A stretch of 64,000 bases of DNA from Bacteroidota bacterium (GTDB taxonomy: Bacteria > Bacteroidota > Bacteroidia > CAILMK01). Shown here piece after piece: positions 18,901-26,629 of the stretch. The position numbers and the translations under genes are program-made. The notes beneath the pieces were generated by a model that was given only the letters and a program-made list of their open reading frames with translations, ran no database searches and was not told the origin of the DNA. The DNA lies in NCBI GenBank assembly GCA_013288555.1, contig JABDBQ010000010.1:2030-66029 (forward strand), written 5' to 3'. Position 1 is the stretch's first letter. Each line of letters starts with the position of its first letter.

Positions 18901-20535
18901 AATAAAGGGAATATATCTTCTTTAAGCAATCCTATAGTTAAACCAACTAAGACAACGAGGTATTACTTATTTGTAACTAATACCTATTCATGTGCTGATT
19001 CAGACTCAGTGACAATTACTGTCAACCCATTACCAACAGCAAATGCCGGTAAAGACACTTTGATATGTGCAGGAGATTCAGTTCAGTTAGGCGCCGAAAG
19101 TATAACAGGAGATAGTTATTCCTGGTCGGTGGGTCCGGATTCCGAATATAGCTCAACTCTTTCAAATCCTGTTGTTTATCCATTAAAACCCACAACCTAT
19201 TATCTCAGCGTAACAAATGTAAATACGGGCTGTAAAGGAAAAGCGACCGTTTCAGTGAAAGTTAACCCGATACCTTATGCAGATATTTATACTACTGATA
19301 GTGTTTTTTGCCTGTCAGATTCACTTACAGTTTATGACTCTGATACACAGTCAGTTTCTCATAAGTGGTACTTTGGAGATGGTGTTTCTGACACTGGTAA
19401 ATATCCGGCAAAGCATCATTACAAATCAGGAGGTGTATACCATATCTGGCTAAAAGTCACAAATACAACAGGTTGTTCTGATTCATCAGAAAAGACTATC
19501 TATGTTGATGGCTCCTGCGTCTGGCCAGGTGATGCCAACTACGATAAAGTGGATAACATCTATGATCTCCTTGCTATAGGTATTGCCTACAACGATACAG
19601 GAAGCAAAAGAACTGATACGACTACCCAATGGTATGCACATCCCTGCGTAGACTGGACTAAAAGTTTTAAATCGGGGGCAAACCACAAACATGCAGACTG
19701 CAACGGTGATGGAAAAGTAGACAGCCTGGACATGGCTGCCATTGTTAGGAATTACAGCAAATCACATTCAAAATCAGGTGGTTCCATCACCAGTGGCAAC
19801 CCTAATGATCCAGAACTGTCTTTATCGATTTCAAAAGACAGTGTGGGCACTTCGGATACTATATCTATAGAGATGAATCTCGGTACAGCCTCAAAATCCC
19901 TTAGCAACATATACGGTATCGCCTTAACAGTCACTTATGATCCGGTAAATACAGGCCGTGCCAAAAGTTTTTCAGCTGATTTTTCAAATTGCTGGATGGG
20001 AACAGTTGGTAAAAACCTGGTCTATCTTATTCATAATGATTCGATAAATGGTGTTATGGATATTGGTATTACCAGGACAGATCATAAGAACATATCAGGT
20101 TATGGTGAAATTGGTAAACTCACGATCATTATGCCGGATAATGTAGGTGGCAAAAGATTAATCAGGAAAGAATTACGATTTGGTTTGGAGAATATCAAGG
20201 CTATTGATAATGTGGAAGATGATATATCATTGTATACAGTTGGGGATTCCGTATTATTTTATGGCTATTCGAGTGGGATAGCGCCTCTAACCAATACTGA
20301 TAATAATATACGTCTCTATCCCAACCCTGCCCAGTCCACGCTGCACTTAGATGCTGGAAAAGAATTAATTTCTGAAATCGGTATATCAGATATGCTGGGC
20401 AGAAATGTAATGACACTCAAATACAACCAGGTAGGGCAAACAGATATGAATATCGGCCGCCTTATTCCGGGTACTTATTTTATATATATTCTTACAGATC
20501 ATGGTTTTGCACGTTCGAGGTTTGTAAAAGAATAA
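15979..20535 (+). CDS. Giant secreted surface protein 1: N-terminal domain + SBBP beta-propeller repeats + CARDB-like + 3 Ig-like modules + PKD + dockerin-like + cohesin-like + T9SS C-terminal sorting domain
   Basis: 1518 aa. Signal anchor LAAILLLIILF. QPFLFEENKGQ N-domain. About 10 repeats of the type GIATSGAYQT...GG.DAFLAKF..SG...W(S/A)TY(F/Y)GG. NDAGI...KNYG (CARDB-like). PTANAGKD..IC.GDS...Y.W modules. YFGDG...GVYHIWLKVTNTTGCSDS (PKD). GDANYDKVDNIYD and DCNGDGKVDSLD loops. C-terminal LYPNPAQSTLHLD...GTYFIYILTD (T9SS type A CTD). Confidence 0.85.
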   Translation: MKTTNFSLNMKAQINPTRARRFQLNLAAILLLIILFNGFKTHGQKVKNFAANQPFLFEENKGQLMDESGNTLSDIKYYGKQGDVYVYCKPGMLSFVFTKIEKQANDVSEATGMETGSPFGKHVPTYSGGAGGFKRSSHAALHASVSTSRMDLVLLGSNPTPLISATDQQEYYENFYISGDANREITNVHTYKKVIYKNIYPNIDMLLNIANKGMEYSFLVHPGGKVNNIKLRWDGAEKEEALKNGGIKYANISGSMEESAPKSFVDGKTIQSRFFKDGTQFSFRVENYDKKKDLLIDPTLEWATYYGGSNIDGSNCVSVDKLGNIAICGTTVSTSGIATTGSFQSTYLYYSGGSAYDAFIATFSNDGKRRWATYYGSYFSTYGLMGLAFDGSGNVYLGGSTDQQSNIATSGAYQTTTNYQDAYLVKFDTSGYRLWGTYFGGNYITNLTGVATDSSNNVYITGLTRSTTNIATNGAYQTSMAGGTSYGDAFLAKFSSSGSIIWSTYFGGSSDDLPFSVSVDRLQNIYITGQTSSTNGIATSGAYRTYYNGGNQCDGFLTKFNTNGGLTWSTYFGGLGSEGAGFKTAIDRIGNIYLTGIATNSGLATSGAFKTNFSGNGEGFLAKFNTSGYPKWVTYYDGGIEGVVVDDTGNIFITGGTQSTTGMTTKYAYQSTPTNLYLAQFDSSGSRLWGTYYGWVGTPNYDEVFGIACDKWNHIYITGFTTNSSGISTKYSYQPSYGGGEDAFLARFKLWAHNDAGIDSIQIPNVNCADSYQVKVVLKNYGLNPLKKVNIRLDINSDSSKTYPWTGNLQMDSSAFVNMGYFNFKPGKDSVRVWTSMPNGVIDSIPQNDSAMVIATVNSLPNAYTRGNLTICQGPDSIPIGTTSITGHTYLWTSKPSGFTSNIDDPFVKPTKTTTYYLTETITATGCSATDSSVISVNPIPTANAGKSRSICYGYVDTLGSSDVPGDTYAWFEYNKGNISSLSNPIVKPTKTTRYYLFVTNTYSCADSDSVTITVNPLPTANAGKDTLICAGDSVQLGAESITGDSYSWSVGPDSEYSSTLSNPVVYPLKPTTYYLSVTNVNTGCKGKATVSVKVNPIPYADIYTTDSVFCLSDSLTVYDSDTQSVSHKWYFGDGVSDTGKYPAKHHYKSGGVYHIWLKVTNTTGCSDSSEKTIYVDGSCVWPGDANYDKVDNIYDLLAIGIAYNDTGSKRTDTTTQWYAHPCVDWTKSFKSGANHKHADCNGDGKVDSLDMAAIVRNYSKSHSKSGGSITSGNPNDPELSLSISKDSVGTSDTISIEMNLGTASKSLSNIYGIALTVTYDPVNTGRAKSFSADFSNCWMGTVGKNLVYLIHNDSINGVMDIGITRTDHKNISGYGEIGKLTIIMPDNVGGKRLIRKELRFGLENIKAIDNVEDDISLYTVGDSVLFYGYSSGIAPLTNTDNNIRLYPNPAQSTLHLDAGKELISEIGISDMLGRNVMTLKYNQVGQTDMNIGRLIPGTYFIYILTDHGFARSRFVKE
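16324..16377 (+). repeat. Nested palindromic element embedded in-frame in giant gene 1
   Basis: GGATCCCCCTTTGGAAAG-CATGTCCCGACTTATTCGGGA-GGGGCAGGGGGATTT. The same element occurs intergenically at 31662-31716 (opposite orientation) and, without the inner 21-nt hairpin, at 58566-58601. Here it encodes ...GSPFGKHVPTYSGGAGGFK... Confidence 0.8.
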
Positions 20536-20567
20536 TTCCTTCCTCCTTTCTTTCATTCTTTCTTTTT

Positions 20568-20601
20568 AAAGGGAATGCCTCCCCCGGCATTCCCTTTTTT
20601 C
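20568..20601. terminator. Rho-independent-type terminator hairpin
   Basis: AAAGGGAATGCC-tccccc-GGCATTCCCTTT followed by a T run. It sits between convergent genes (giant gene 1 and ORF 20617-22065). Confidence 0.8.
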
Positions 20602-20616
20602 TGCAATTGACCCAAT

Positions 20617-22065
20617 TTATTGGGCATCTTCCATCAATTTATCCGTTTCTTTTAAAAGCCAGGCAAGATTGATTACATTTTTCGAACGGGTCAGTTTGTC
20701 ATTCAATGTCCTGATTTTATGAGAACTATGCCTGCGTTGATAGGGAAGCATCGTCTTGAATACAAATGCTTTCCTGGCAAATTTTAAAAGATTGCTGTAA
20801 GCCAGATGGGTATCTGTTGAAATCAACCTGTTTCTGGTGAGAAAAACCTGAAAAGTATTGACAAGGGCAAAAAATGCTTCTTCTTCATCCTGCTCAAAGT
20901 ATATTTTCAGTAGCATCGATTTGGAATCCAGGTTATAATACACGTCTTTAAAATCGACAGAATGAAGAAGAAGGGTCGCTTTTCTGAAATTTTTGGTTTC
21001 GTAATAATAATTGGCAAGATTATATGCGTATGCATTTTCAGACACCTCTTCGGGCAGCCTTGTTTTCAAAGTTTCGACAATGTCTAACGCCCTCTCGTAT
21101 TTGCCAAGTCGCAAAGCCACCGAAACCATGTTCTTAAGTTCCCATTGCAGATTTTTATTATCAGGGTCCATAAGCCCGATAAGCAGCATATGCTCATAGA
21201 TATCAAACAATTCACTATAAAATGCCGCAGCACCGCTGTTTACTTTTCGTATGCAGTAATTTTGAAGATAGCCGTACAGCGAACGTTGTTCGTCCTGGGG
21301 AAATAACCCGATGTTTTGCTGAAATTCTTCCTGCAGCTTTCTGAAATGCCCGGTATCTTCCGGTTCCCTGAGCATGAGCAGGATTCTGAAATATACTGAG
21401 ATGGCAGGATAATCTTTATATCTCTCAAAATCAGCCTTAATGGCTTCAATAAGGTTATTGAGCAGGTGAAATTCATAGTCAATGCTAAGAATCCTTTTTC
21501 GGTTCATCATTTCACAACTGTCTCTCAGCTTTGCCGAGAGATAAAAAAGATCAAGCCTGTCCACTTTTTTCTGGAGGTTTTCATCTCCTTTGATCTGTGC
21601 CTGGTCGAGAAAAATTTTATAGGCCTCCGACTGGTACATGAATTCCTCATAAAAATAATTACTATCCCTGAACTGCTTTTTAGAACTTAACTCCTGTATC
21701 TCCCGCTGCACCACGCTGTTAAGATCTTCCAGTTCATTTACTCTTATGTAATTAAGCAGATTCAATTTGCGATCCCATGTTTGTGTAGCGTATTGTTCTT
21801 CAGTCAAAAATTCTTCGAGCAGCTTGAGTGATTTGTACAAAAGATCATGCAACCTTCTCGCATCAAATGGCTTACCGGGATATAAAAATTCATAGATTTT
21901 TTTTGGATCATGACTTGCTTTGCCTTGCCGGATCAATGCAACAAATTGCCGAACCTCCTCATTTTTATTAAAATATGGAGAATTTAGAAACTCGATATAC
22001 CGCCTTTGACTGACTTTATCCAGTTTGTCATACGTTTTAATAAATTTACTCTGGTCCATATCCAA
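20617..22065 (-). CDS. Uncharacterised all-alpha TPR-like cytoplasmic protein (partner B, paralog of 14339-15790)
   Basis: 482 aa. Colinear with 14339-15790 and roughly two-thirds identical by eye. Same divergent arrangement with a giant T9SS gene. Confidence 0.75.
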   Translation of the reverse strand: MDMDQSKFIKTYDKLDKVSQRRYIEFLNSPYFNKNEEVRQFVALIRQGKASHDPKKIYEFLYPGKPFDARRLHDLLYKSLKLLEEFLTEEQYATQTWDRKLNLLNYIRVNELEDLNSVVQREIQELSSKKQFRDSNYFYEEFMYQSEAYKIFLDQAQIKGDENLQKKVDRLDLFYLSAKLRDSCEMMNRKRILSIDYEFHLLNNLIEAIKADFERYKDYPAISVYFRILLMLREPEDTGHFRKLQEEFQQNIGLFPQDEQRSLYGYLQNYCIRKVNSGAAAFYSELFDIYEHMLLIGLMDPDNKNLQWELKNMVSVALRLGKYERALDIVETLKTRLPEEVSENAYAYNLANYYYETKNFRKATLLLHSVDFKDVYYNLDSKSMLLKIYFEQDEEEAFFALVNTFQVFLTRNRLISTDTHLAYSNLLKFARKAFVFKTMLPYQRRHSSHKIRTLNDKLTRSKNVINLAWLLKETDKLMEDAQ

Positions 22066-22222
22066 AGATATAAAATATTTGTAAACTAACTCACTAAATG
22101 TACAAAATATTTTTGTATTATATTTATTTTCAATGTTATAATATTTACATTCCCTTAAAAATAGTAAAATTTATAATTGTATATGCTATTAAATTGTGTT
22201 TTTATTTCGGATTCATAGTCCC

Positions 22223-22230
22223 AATCTTTG
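22223..22230 (+). promoter_or_regulatory. Candidate -7 box (AATCTTTG), 26 nt before the ATG of giant gene 2
   Basis: Same octamer and spacing as 15953-15960. Confidence 0.3.
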
Positions 22231-22248
22231 TATCATGAATTATTCTAA

Positions 22249-25200
22249 ATGAAAACAACTAACTTTTCACTCAATATGAAAGCGCATATCAAAATCAACC
22301 CTGCCGACAGATTTCATTCAATTCTGAAGGTAGTCCTGTTTCTGATTCTTTTACTTAAAGGATTACAAACCGAGGCTCAATCCGTTAAAAACTTTGCTAC
22401 TACCCAGCCCTTCTTATTCGAAGAAAACAAAGGACAGCTTAGGGATGAAAACGGGAATGCGCTTTCAGATATCAAATATTATGGAAAACAGGGAGGTGTA
22501 TATATATACTGCAAACCTGGCATGCTGAGTTTCGTATTCACCAAGTCAGAAAAAGAGCCAAATGATATTTCAGAGGCAACTGGGATGCCTGTTTCAGACC
22601 TAGGGGTTCACAATCCTGAATCCATACACGGAAATCAGCGCTCTCCGCTCTCCGCTCTTCGCACTTCTATCACCGCCTCCCGTATGGACCTCGTTCTCCT
22701 CAACTCCAACCCCAATCCTTTAATCACCGCCTCAGACCAACAGGAATATTTTGAAAACTTCTATACCATCGGAGATGCAGATCATGGCATCACCAATGTA
22801 CACACCTATAAAACCCTTATATACAAAAATATATACCCGAATATTGACATGCTGCTCAATGTTGCTGAAAAGGGAATGGAATATTCTTTTTTAGTACACC
22901 CCGGCGGAAATGTGAGCGATATTAAACTGAGATGGAATGGCGCAGAGAAAGAAGAAGCATTGAAAAATGGCGGAATAAAATATGCTAATATGTTGGGGAG
23001 CATGGAAGAAAGTGCACCAAAGAGTTTTGCGGATGGGAAAATGATACAAACAAGTATTTTCAAGGAAGCAAAACAATTCAGTTTTAAAGTAGGACGATAT
23101 AATAAGGGAAAAAAACTATTAATTGACCCCACATTGGTCTGGGCTACGTATATCGGTGGACCCAATTCAAATGCTGGTGGAATAAAGTTAGATGCCGCAG
23201 GAAATTTATACATTGCAGGCACTACAACCCTCGACAACTATTTAACTACCTCTGGTGCATACCAAACATCTTATGGTGGGAATAATGATATTTTCCTTGC
23301 AAAGTTTAGCAACGACGGAAAGCGTCTATGGGCTAGTTATTATGGCGGTTCTGATCAGGATCTTGGTGCTGATTTGAATCTGGATATTCATGGAAATATT
23401 TATATTACTGGAAATACTAAAAGCAGTAATGGTATTGCTACTTCTGGCGCATTTAAAACTTCGTATCCCGGAGGATGGTACGATCCGTTTCTTGCAAAAT
23501 TTAGCAATTCGGGCAATCTGATCTGGGCAACTTATTTTGGAGGCTCCAACTATGATGAATCTGCAAGCGTTGGAACCGACTCTTCTGGGAATGTATATAT
23601 TGGAGGCTGGGCAAGCAGCACTAGTGGGATAGCAACATCTGGTGCACAGCAGACTTATCCTCAAGGAGGGGCAGACGCTTTTCTCGCAAAATTTAATAGT
23701 TCTGGCAGTTTAACATGGGCCACGTATTATGGAGGTTCTGGGCAGGATTATTTATATGGAATGAGCACAGATGCTAAAGGCAATTGTTATTTGACAGGCA
23801 CCACAACTAGTAGTAGTGGAATTGCATTTTCGGGATTTCAAAGCAATTATTATGGCGATACTGATTTTAATGGTACTGTTACTTATGGTGGTGATGCCTT
23901 TCTGGCAAAATTTAATAGCTCTGGACGTCTCCAATGGGGAACATATTACGGTGGGAGCGGTGGCGATGATGCTTCAGGTGTGACGACTGACACTAAAGGA
24001 AACGTTTATATAACAGGCTCAACCACCAGTTTAGGCCGAATTGCAACTACAGGTGCTTTTCAAACTTCGCGAAGTGGGGATGCAGATGGTTTTCTAGTTA
24101 AATTTAACAGCTCCGGGTCACGAATTTGGGGAACATATTATGGAGGTAACTGGAATGCTAACTTAGGCGGAATATCTTTGGACTCAAAGGGTAATATTTA
24201 TTGCACAGGATCAACAAATAGTGATAGTGGAATCGCGACAGTAGGAGCATATGAGACTTCAAATAAATCAGGTCACCAAGATATAATTCTTGCGAAATTC
24301 AACAATACCGGGAACCGCATCTGGGCGACTTATTTAGGAGGAAATGGTACTGATGATGCAGGTGAATCGGTAATCGATTCATCAGGTAATCTTTATTTTA
24401 CAGGTTCTAGTCAAAGTACTGACTTAGCAACTTATAATGCATATCAATCCAATATTGAAACTTTTGGTAATTATTTCGGCATAATAGCAAAATTTACACT
24501 TAATACATATCAAAATGACGCAGGCATTTTGCCAACTCTTGATTCTGTTTCATTTTGTAAAACGCAAAATATATTTGTCCGCCTGAAAAATTTCGGCGGT
24601 AAAGACCTTGATTCAGTCAAAGTTGGTTTATCTATTAATCATAAATTTCAAACTAAATATAATTGGACGGGGAAATTGAAACCTGATAGTACAGTTATTG
24701 TTGATATCGGGAGTTTTTCATTCAATACCGGTCATGATACTGTAATTGCCTGGACTTTGAAACCCAATGGATTATTAGATTCACTTCAGGGTAATGATAC
24801 AGCAATTATCAGTCTTACTCAGAAAGCAAATGCTGGCGGCAACTTTACAATTTGTAGTGGTGGTTCTATTAGAATAGGTTCAAATCCTATAAGCGGCCGT
24901 TCATATTCATGGACTTCAATTCCTGCCGGTTTTACGTCTACAATAAGTGATCCCTATGTAAACCCTCATAAGAATACAACTTATTATCTAATTGAGACGA
25001 TTAATGCCACAGGATGTTCCGATACAGATTCATCGTCAGTTGTTTTATTACCGAATGCAAGAGCAAGTTTTTCCTACAAAACCGGATGTGTTGGAGAAAC
25101 TACAATTTTTATAGATTCGAGCTCATTAGCAAAATCCTATTTTTGGTATTTTGGTGATCATTCTGGTTCCTCTGATTCAAGTATGCATCTTTTACATTTG

Positions 25201-26550
25201 TACAATGATACAGGAACTTATTCTGTTTTTTTGAAGGTGACTAATTCTGACGGTTGTTCTGATTCAATTTCAAAAAATATTACACCCAGACCAAAACCTA
25301 AAGCAGAATATTCTTTTAATAATGTTTGTCCGGGTGATAGTATATCTTTTGTAAATAAAAGCTCAAAATCAAATTCCTATTATTGGGATTTTGGAGACGG
25401 AACATCTTCAACCGATTCAACTCCACCAAAACACTTATATTCGAAATTGGGATCTTATGATGTAAGTTTGGTAGTTATTAATTCAGCTAATTGTGCGGAT
25501 TCAATTTCAAAAACGGTTATGATTTCTCCCTGCGTCTGGCCGGGGGATGCCAACTATGATAAAGTTGATAATATCTATGACCTCCTTGCTATTGGAATCG
25601 CTTATAACGATACTGGCTTTAAAAGAACAGATACCACCACGCAATGGTATGCCCATCCCTGTATGGATTGGAGCAAAAATTTTAAATCGGGTGCAAACCA
25701 CAAACATGCTGATTGTAACGGCGATGGAAAAGTGGATAGCCTTGATATGGCTGCCATCGTAAGGAATTACAGCAAATCACATTCAAAGTCTGGTGGTTCG
25801 ATTACAAGCGGCAACCCAAATGATCCTGCTTTATCTTTATCGATTTCCAAAGACAGTGTTGGCACATCTGATACCATCACTGTACAAATGAATCTCGGGA
25901 CGGCCACGAAAAGCATGAGCAATATTTATGGAATCTGCTATACTGTGACGTATGATCCGGTAAATGTCGGCCGTGCCAAAAGCTTTTCAGCAGATTTTTC
26001 AAATTGCTGGATGGGAACAGTCGGTAAAAACCTGGTCTATCTTGTTCATAACGATTCGGTAAATGGGGTTATGGATATCGGCATAACCAGGACAGATCAT
26101 AAGAATGTATCGGGCTATGGCGAAATTGGTAAACTAACCATTATTACACCCGATAATGTGGGTGGCAAAAGGTTAATCAGGAAAGAACTACGCTTCGGCT
26201 TAGAGAATATCAAAGCCATTGATAATGTGGAAGATGATGTATCATTATATATAGTTGGGGATTCCGTATTATTTTATGGCTATTCAGCTGGTATAGCACC
26301 TCAAACTAATATTGATAATAATATACATCTCTATCCCAACCCTGCACAATCCACAATGCACATAGACGCAGGAAAGGAACTGATTTCTGAAATCGGGATA
26401 TCAGATATCCTGGGTAGAAAAGTAATGACCCTGAAACATGATCAGGTCCGGCAAACAGATATGAACATCAGCAGCCTTATTCCGGGCACTTATTTTATAT
26501 ATATTCTTACAGATCATGGTTTTGCACGTTCGAGATTTGTGAAAGATTAA
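22249..26550 (+). CDS. Giant secreted surface protein 2 (SBBP repeats + CARDB-like + 1 Ig-like module + 3 PKD + dockerin-like + cohesin-like + T9SS CTD)
   Basis: 1433 aa. The N-terminal ~290 aa and C-terminal 339 aa are colinear with gene 1. The centre is divergent, with three PKD-like units (FGDHSG...VFLKVTNSDGCSDS; WDFGDGTSS...VSLVVINSANCADS). Confidence 0.85.
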   Translation: MKTTNFSLNMKAHIKINPADRFHSILKVVLFLILLLKGLQTEAQSVKNFATTQPFLFEENKGQLRDENGNALSDIKYYGKQGGVYIYCKPGMLSFVFTKSEKEPNDISEATGMPVSDLGVHNPESIHGNQRSPLSALRTSITASRMDLVLLNSNPNPLITASDQQEYFENFYTIGDADHGITNVHTYKTLIYKNIYPNIDMLLNVAEKGMEYSFLVHPGGNVSDIKLRWNGAEKEEALKNGGIKYANMLGSMEESAPKSFADGKMIQTSIFKEAKQFSFKVGRYNKGKKLLIDPTLVWATYIGGPNSNAGGIKLDAAGNLYIAGTTTLDNYLTTSGAYQTSYGGNNDIFLAKFSNDGKRLWASYYGGSDQDLGADLNLDIHGNIYITGNTKSSNGIATSGAFKTSYPGGWYDPFLAKFSNSGNLIWATYFGGSNYDESASVGTDSSGNVYIGGWASSTSGIATSGAQQTYPQGGADAFLAKFNSSGSLTWATYYGGSGQDYLYGMSTDAKGNCYLTGTTTSSSGIAFSGFQSNYYGDTDFNGTVTYGGDAFLAKFNSSGRLQWGTYYGGSGGDDASGVTTDTKGNVYITGSTTSLGRIATTGAFQTSRSGDADGFLVKFNSSGSRIWGTYYGGNWNANLGGISLDSKGNIYCTGSTNSDSGIATVGAYETSNKSGHQDIILAKFNNTGNRIWATYLGGNGTDDAGESVIDSSGNLYFTGSSQSTDLATYNAYQSNIETFGNYFGIIAKFTLNTYQNDAGILPTLDSVSFCKTQNIFVRLKNFGGKDLDSVKVGLSINHKFQTKYNWTGKLKPDSTVIVDIGSFSFNTGHDTVIAWTLKPNGLLDSLQGNDTAIISLTQKANAGGNFTICSGGSIRIGSNPISGRSYSWTSIPAGFTSTISDPYVNPHKNTTYYLIETINATGCSDTDSSSVVLLPNARASFSYKTGCVGETTIFIDSSSLAKSYFWYFGDHSGSSDSSMHLLHLYNDTGTYSVFLKVTNSDGCSDSISKNITPRPKPKAEYSFNNVCPGDSISFVNKSSKSNSYYWDFGDGTSSTDSTPPKHLYSKLGSYDVSLVVINSANCADSISKTVMISPCVWPGDANYDKVDNIYDLLAIGIAYNDTGFKRTDTTTQWYAHPCMDWSKNFKSGANHKHADCNGDGKVDSLDMAAIVRNYSKSHSKSGGSITSGNPNDPALSLSISKDSVGTSDTITVQMNLGTATKSMSNIYGICYTVTYDPVNVGRAKSFSADFSNCWMGTVGKNLVYLVHNDSVNGVMDIGITRTDHKNVSGYGEIGKLTIITPDNVGGKRLIRKELRFGLENIKAIDNVEDDVSLYIVGDSVLFYGYSAGIAPQTNIDNNIHLYPNPAQSTMHIDAGKELISEIGISDILGRKVMTLKHDQVRQTDMNISSLIPGTYFIYILTDHGFARSRFVKD

Positions 26551-26629
26551 TTCCGGTTTTTTACACATCAAGACAACAAATTTTTGGACATGAATTATCT
26601 AAACAAAACCATCTAACTTTTCACTCTTT

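Noticed and set aside
22806-23237. Long antisense or alternative-frame ORFs inside real genes
   Set aside because: Examples are 22806-23237, 23326-23664, 9479-9913, 10354-10845, 8306-8776, 36154-36663, 53668-54102, 16262-16465 and 26886-27218. Each lies wholly within a well-supported gene on the other strand or frame and has low-complexity, unrecognisable sequence. The pairs conserved between paralogs are conserved only because the underlying DNA is.
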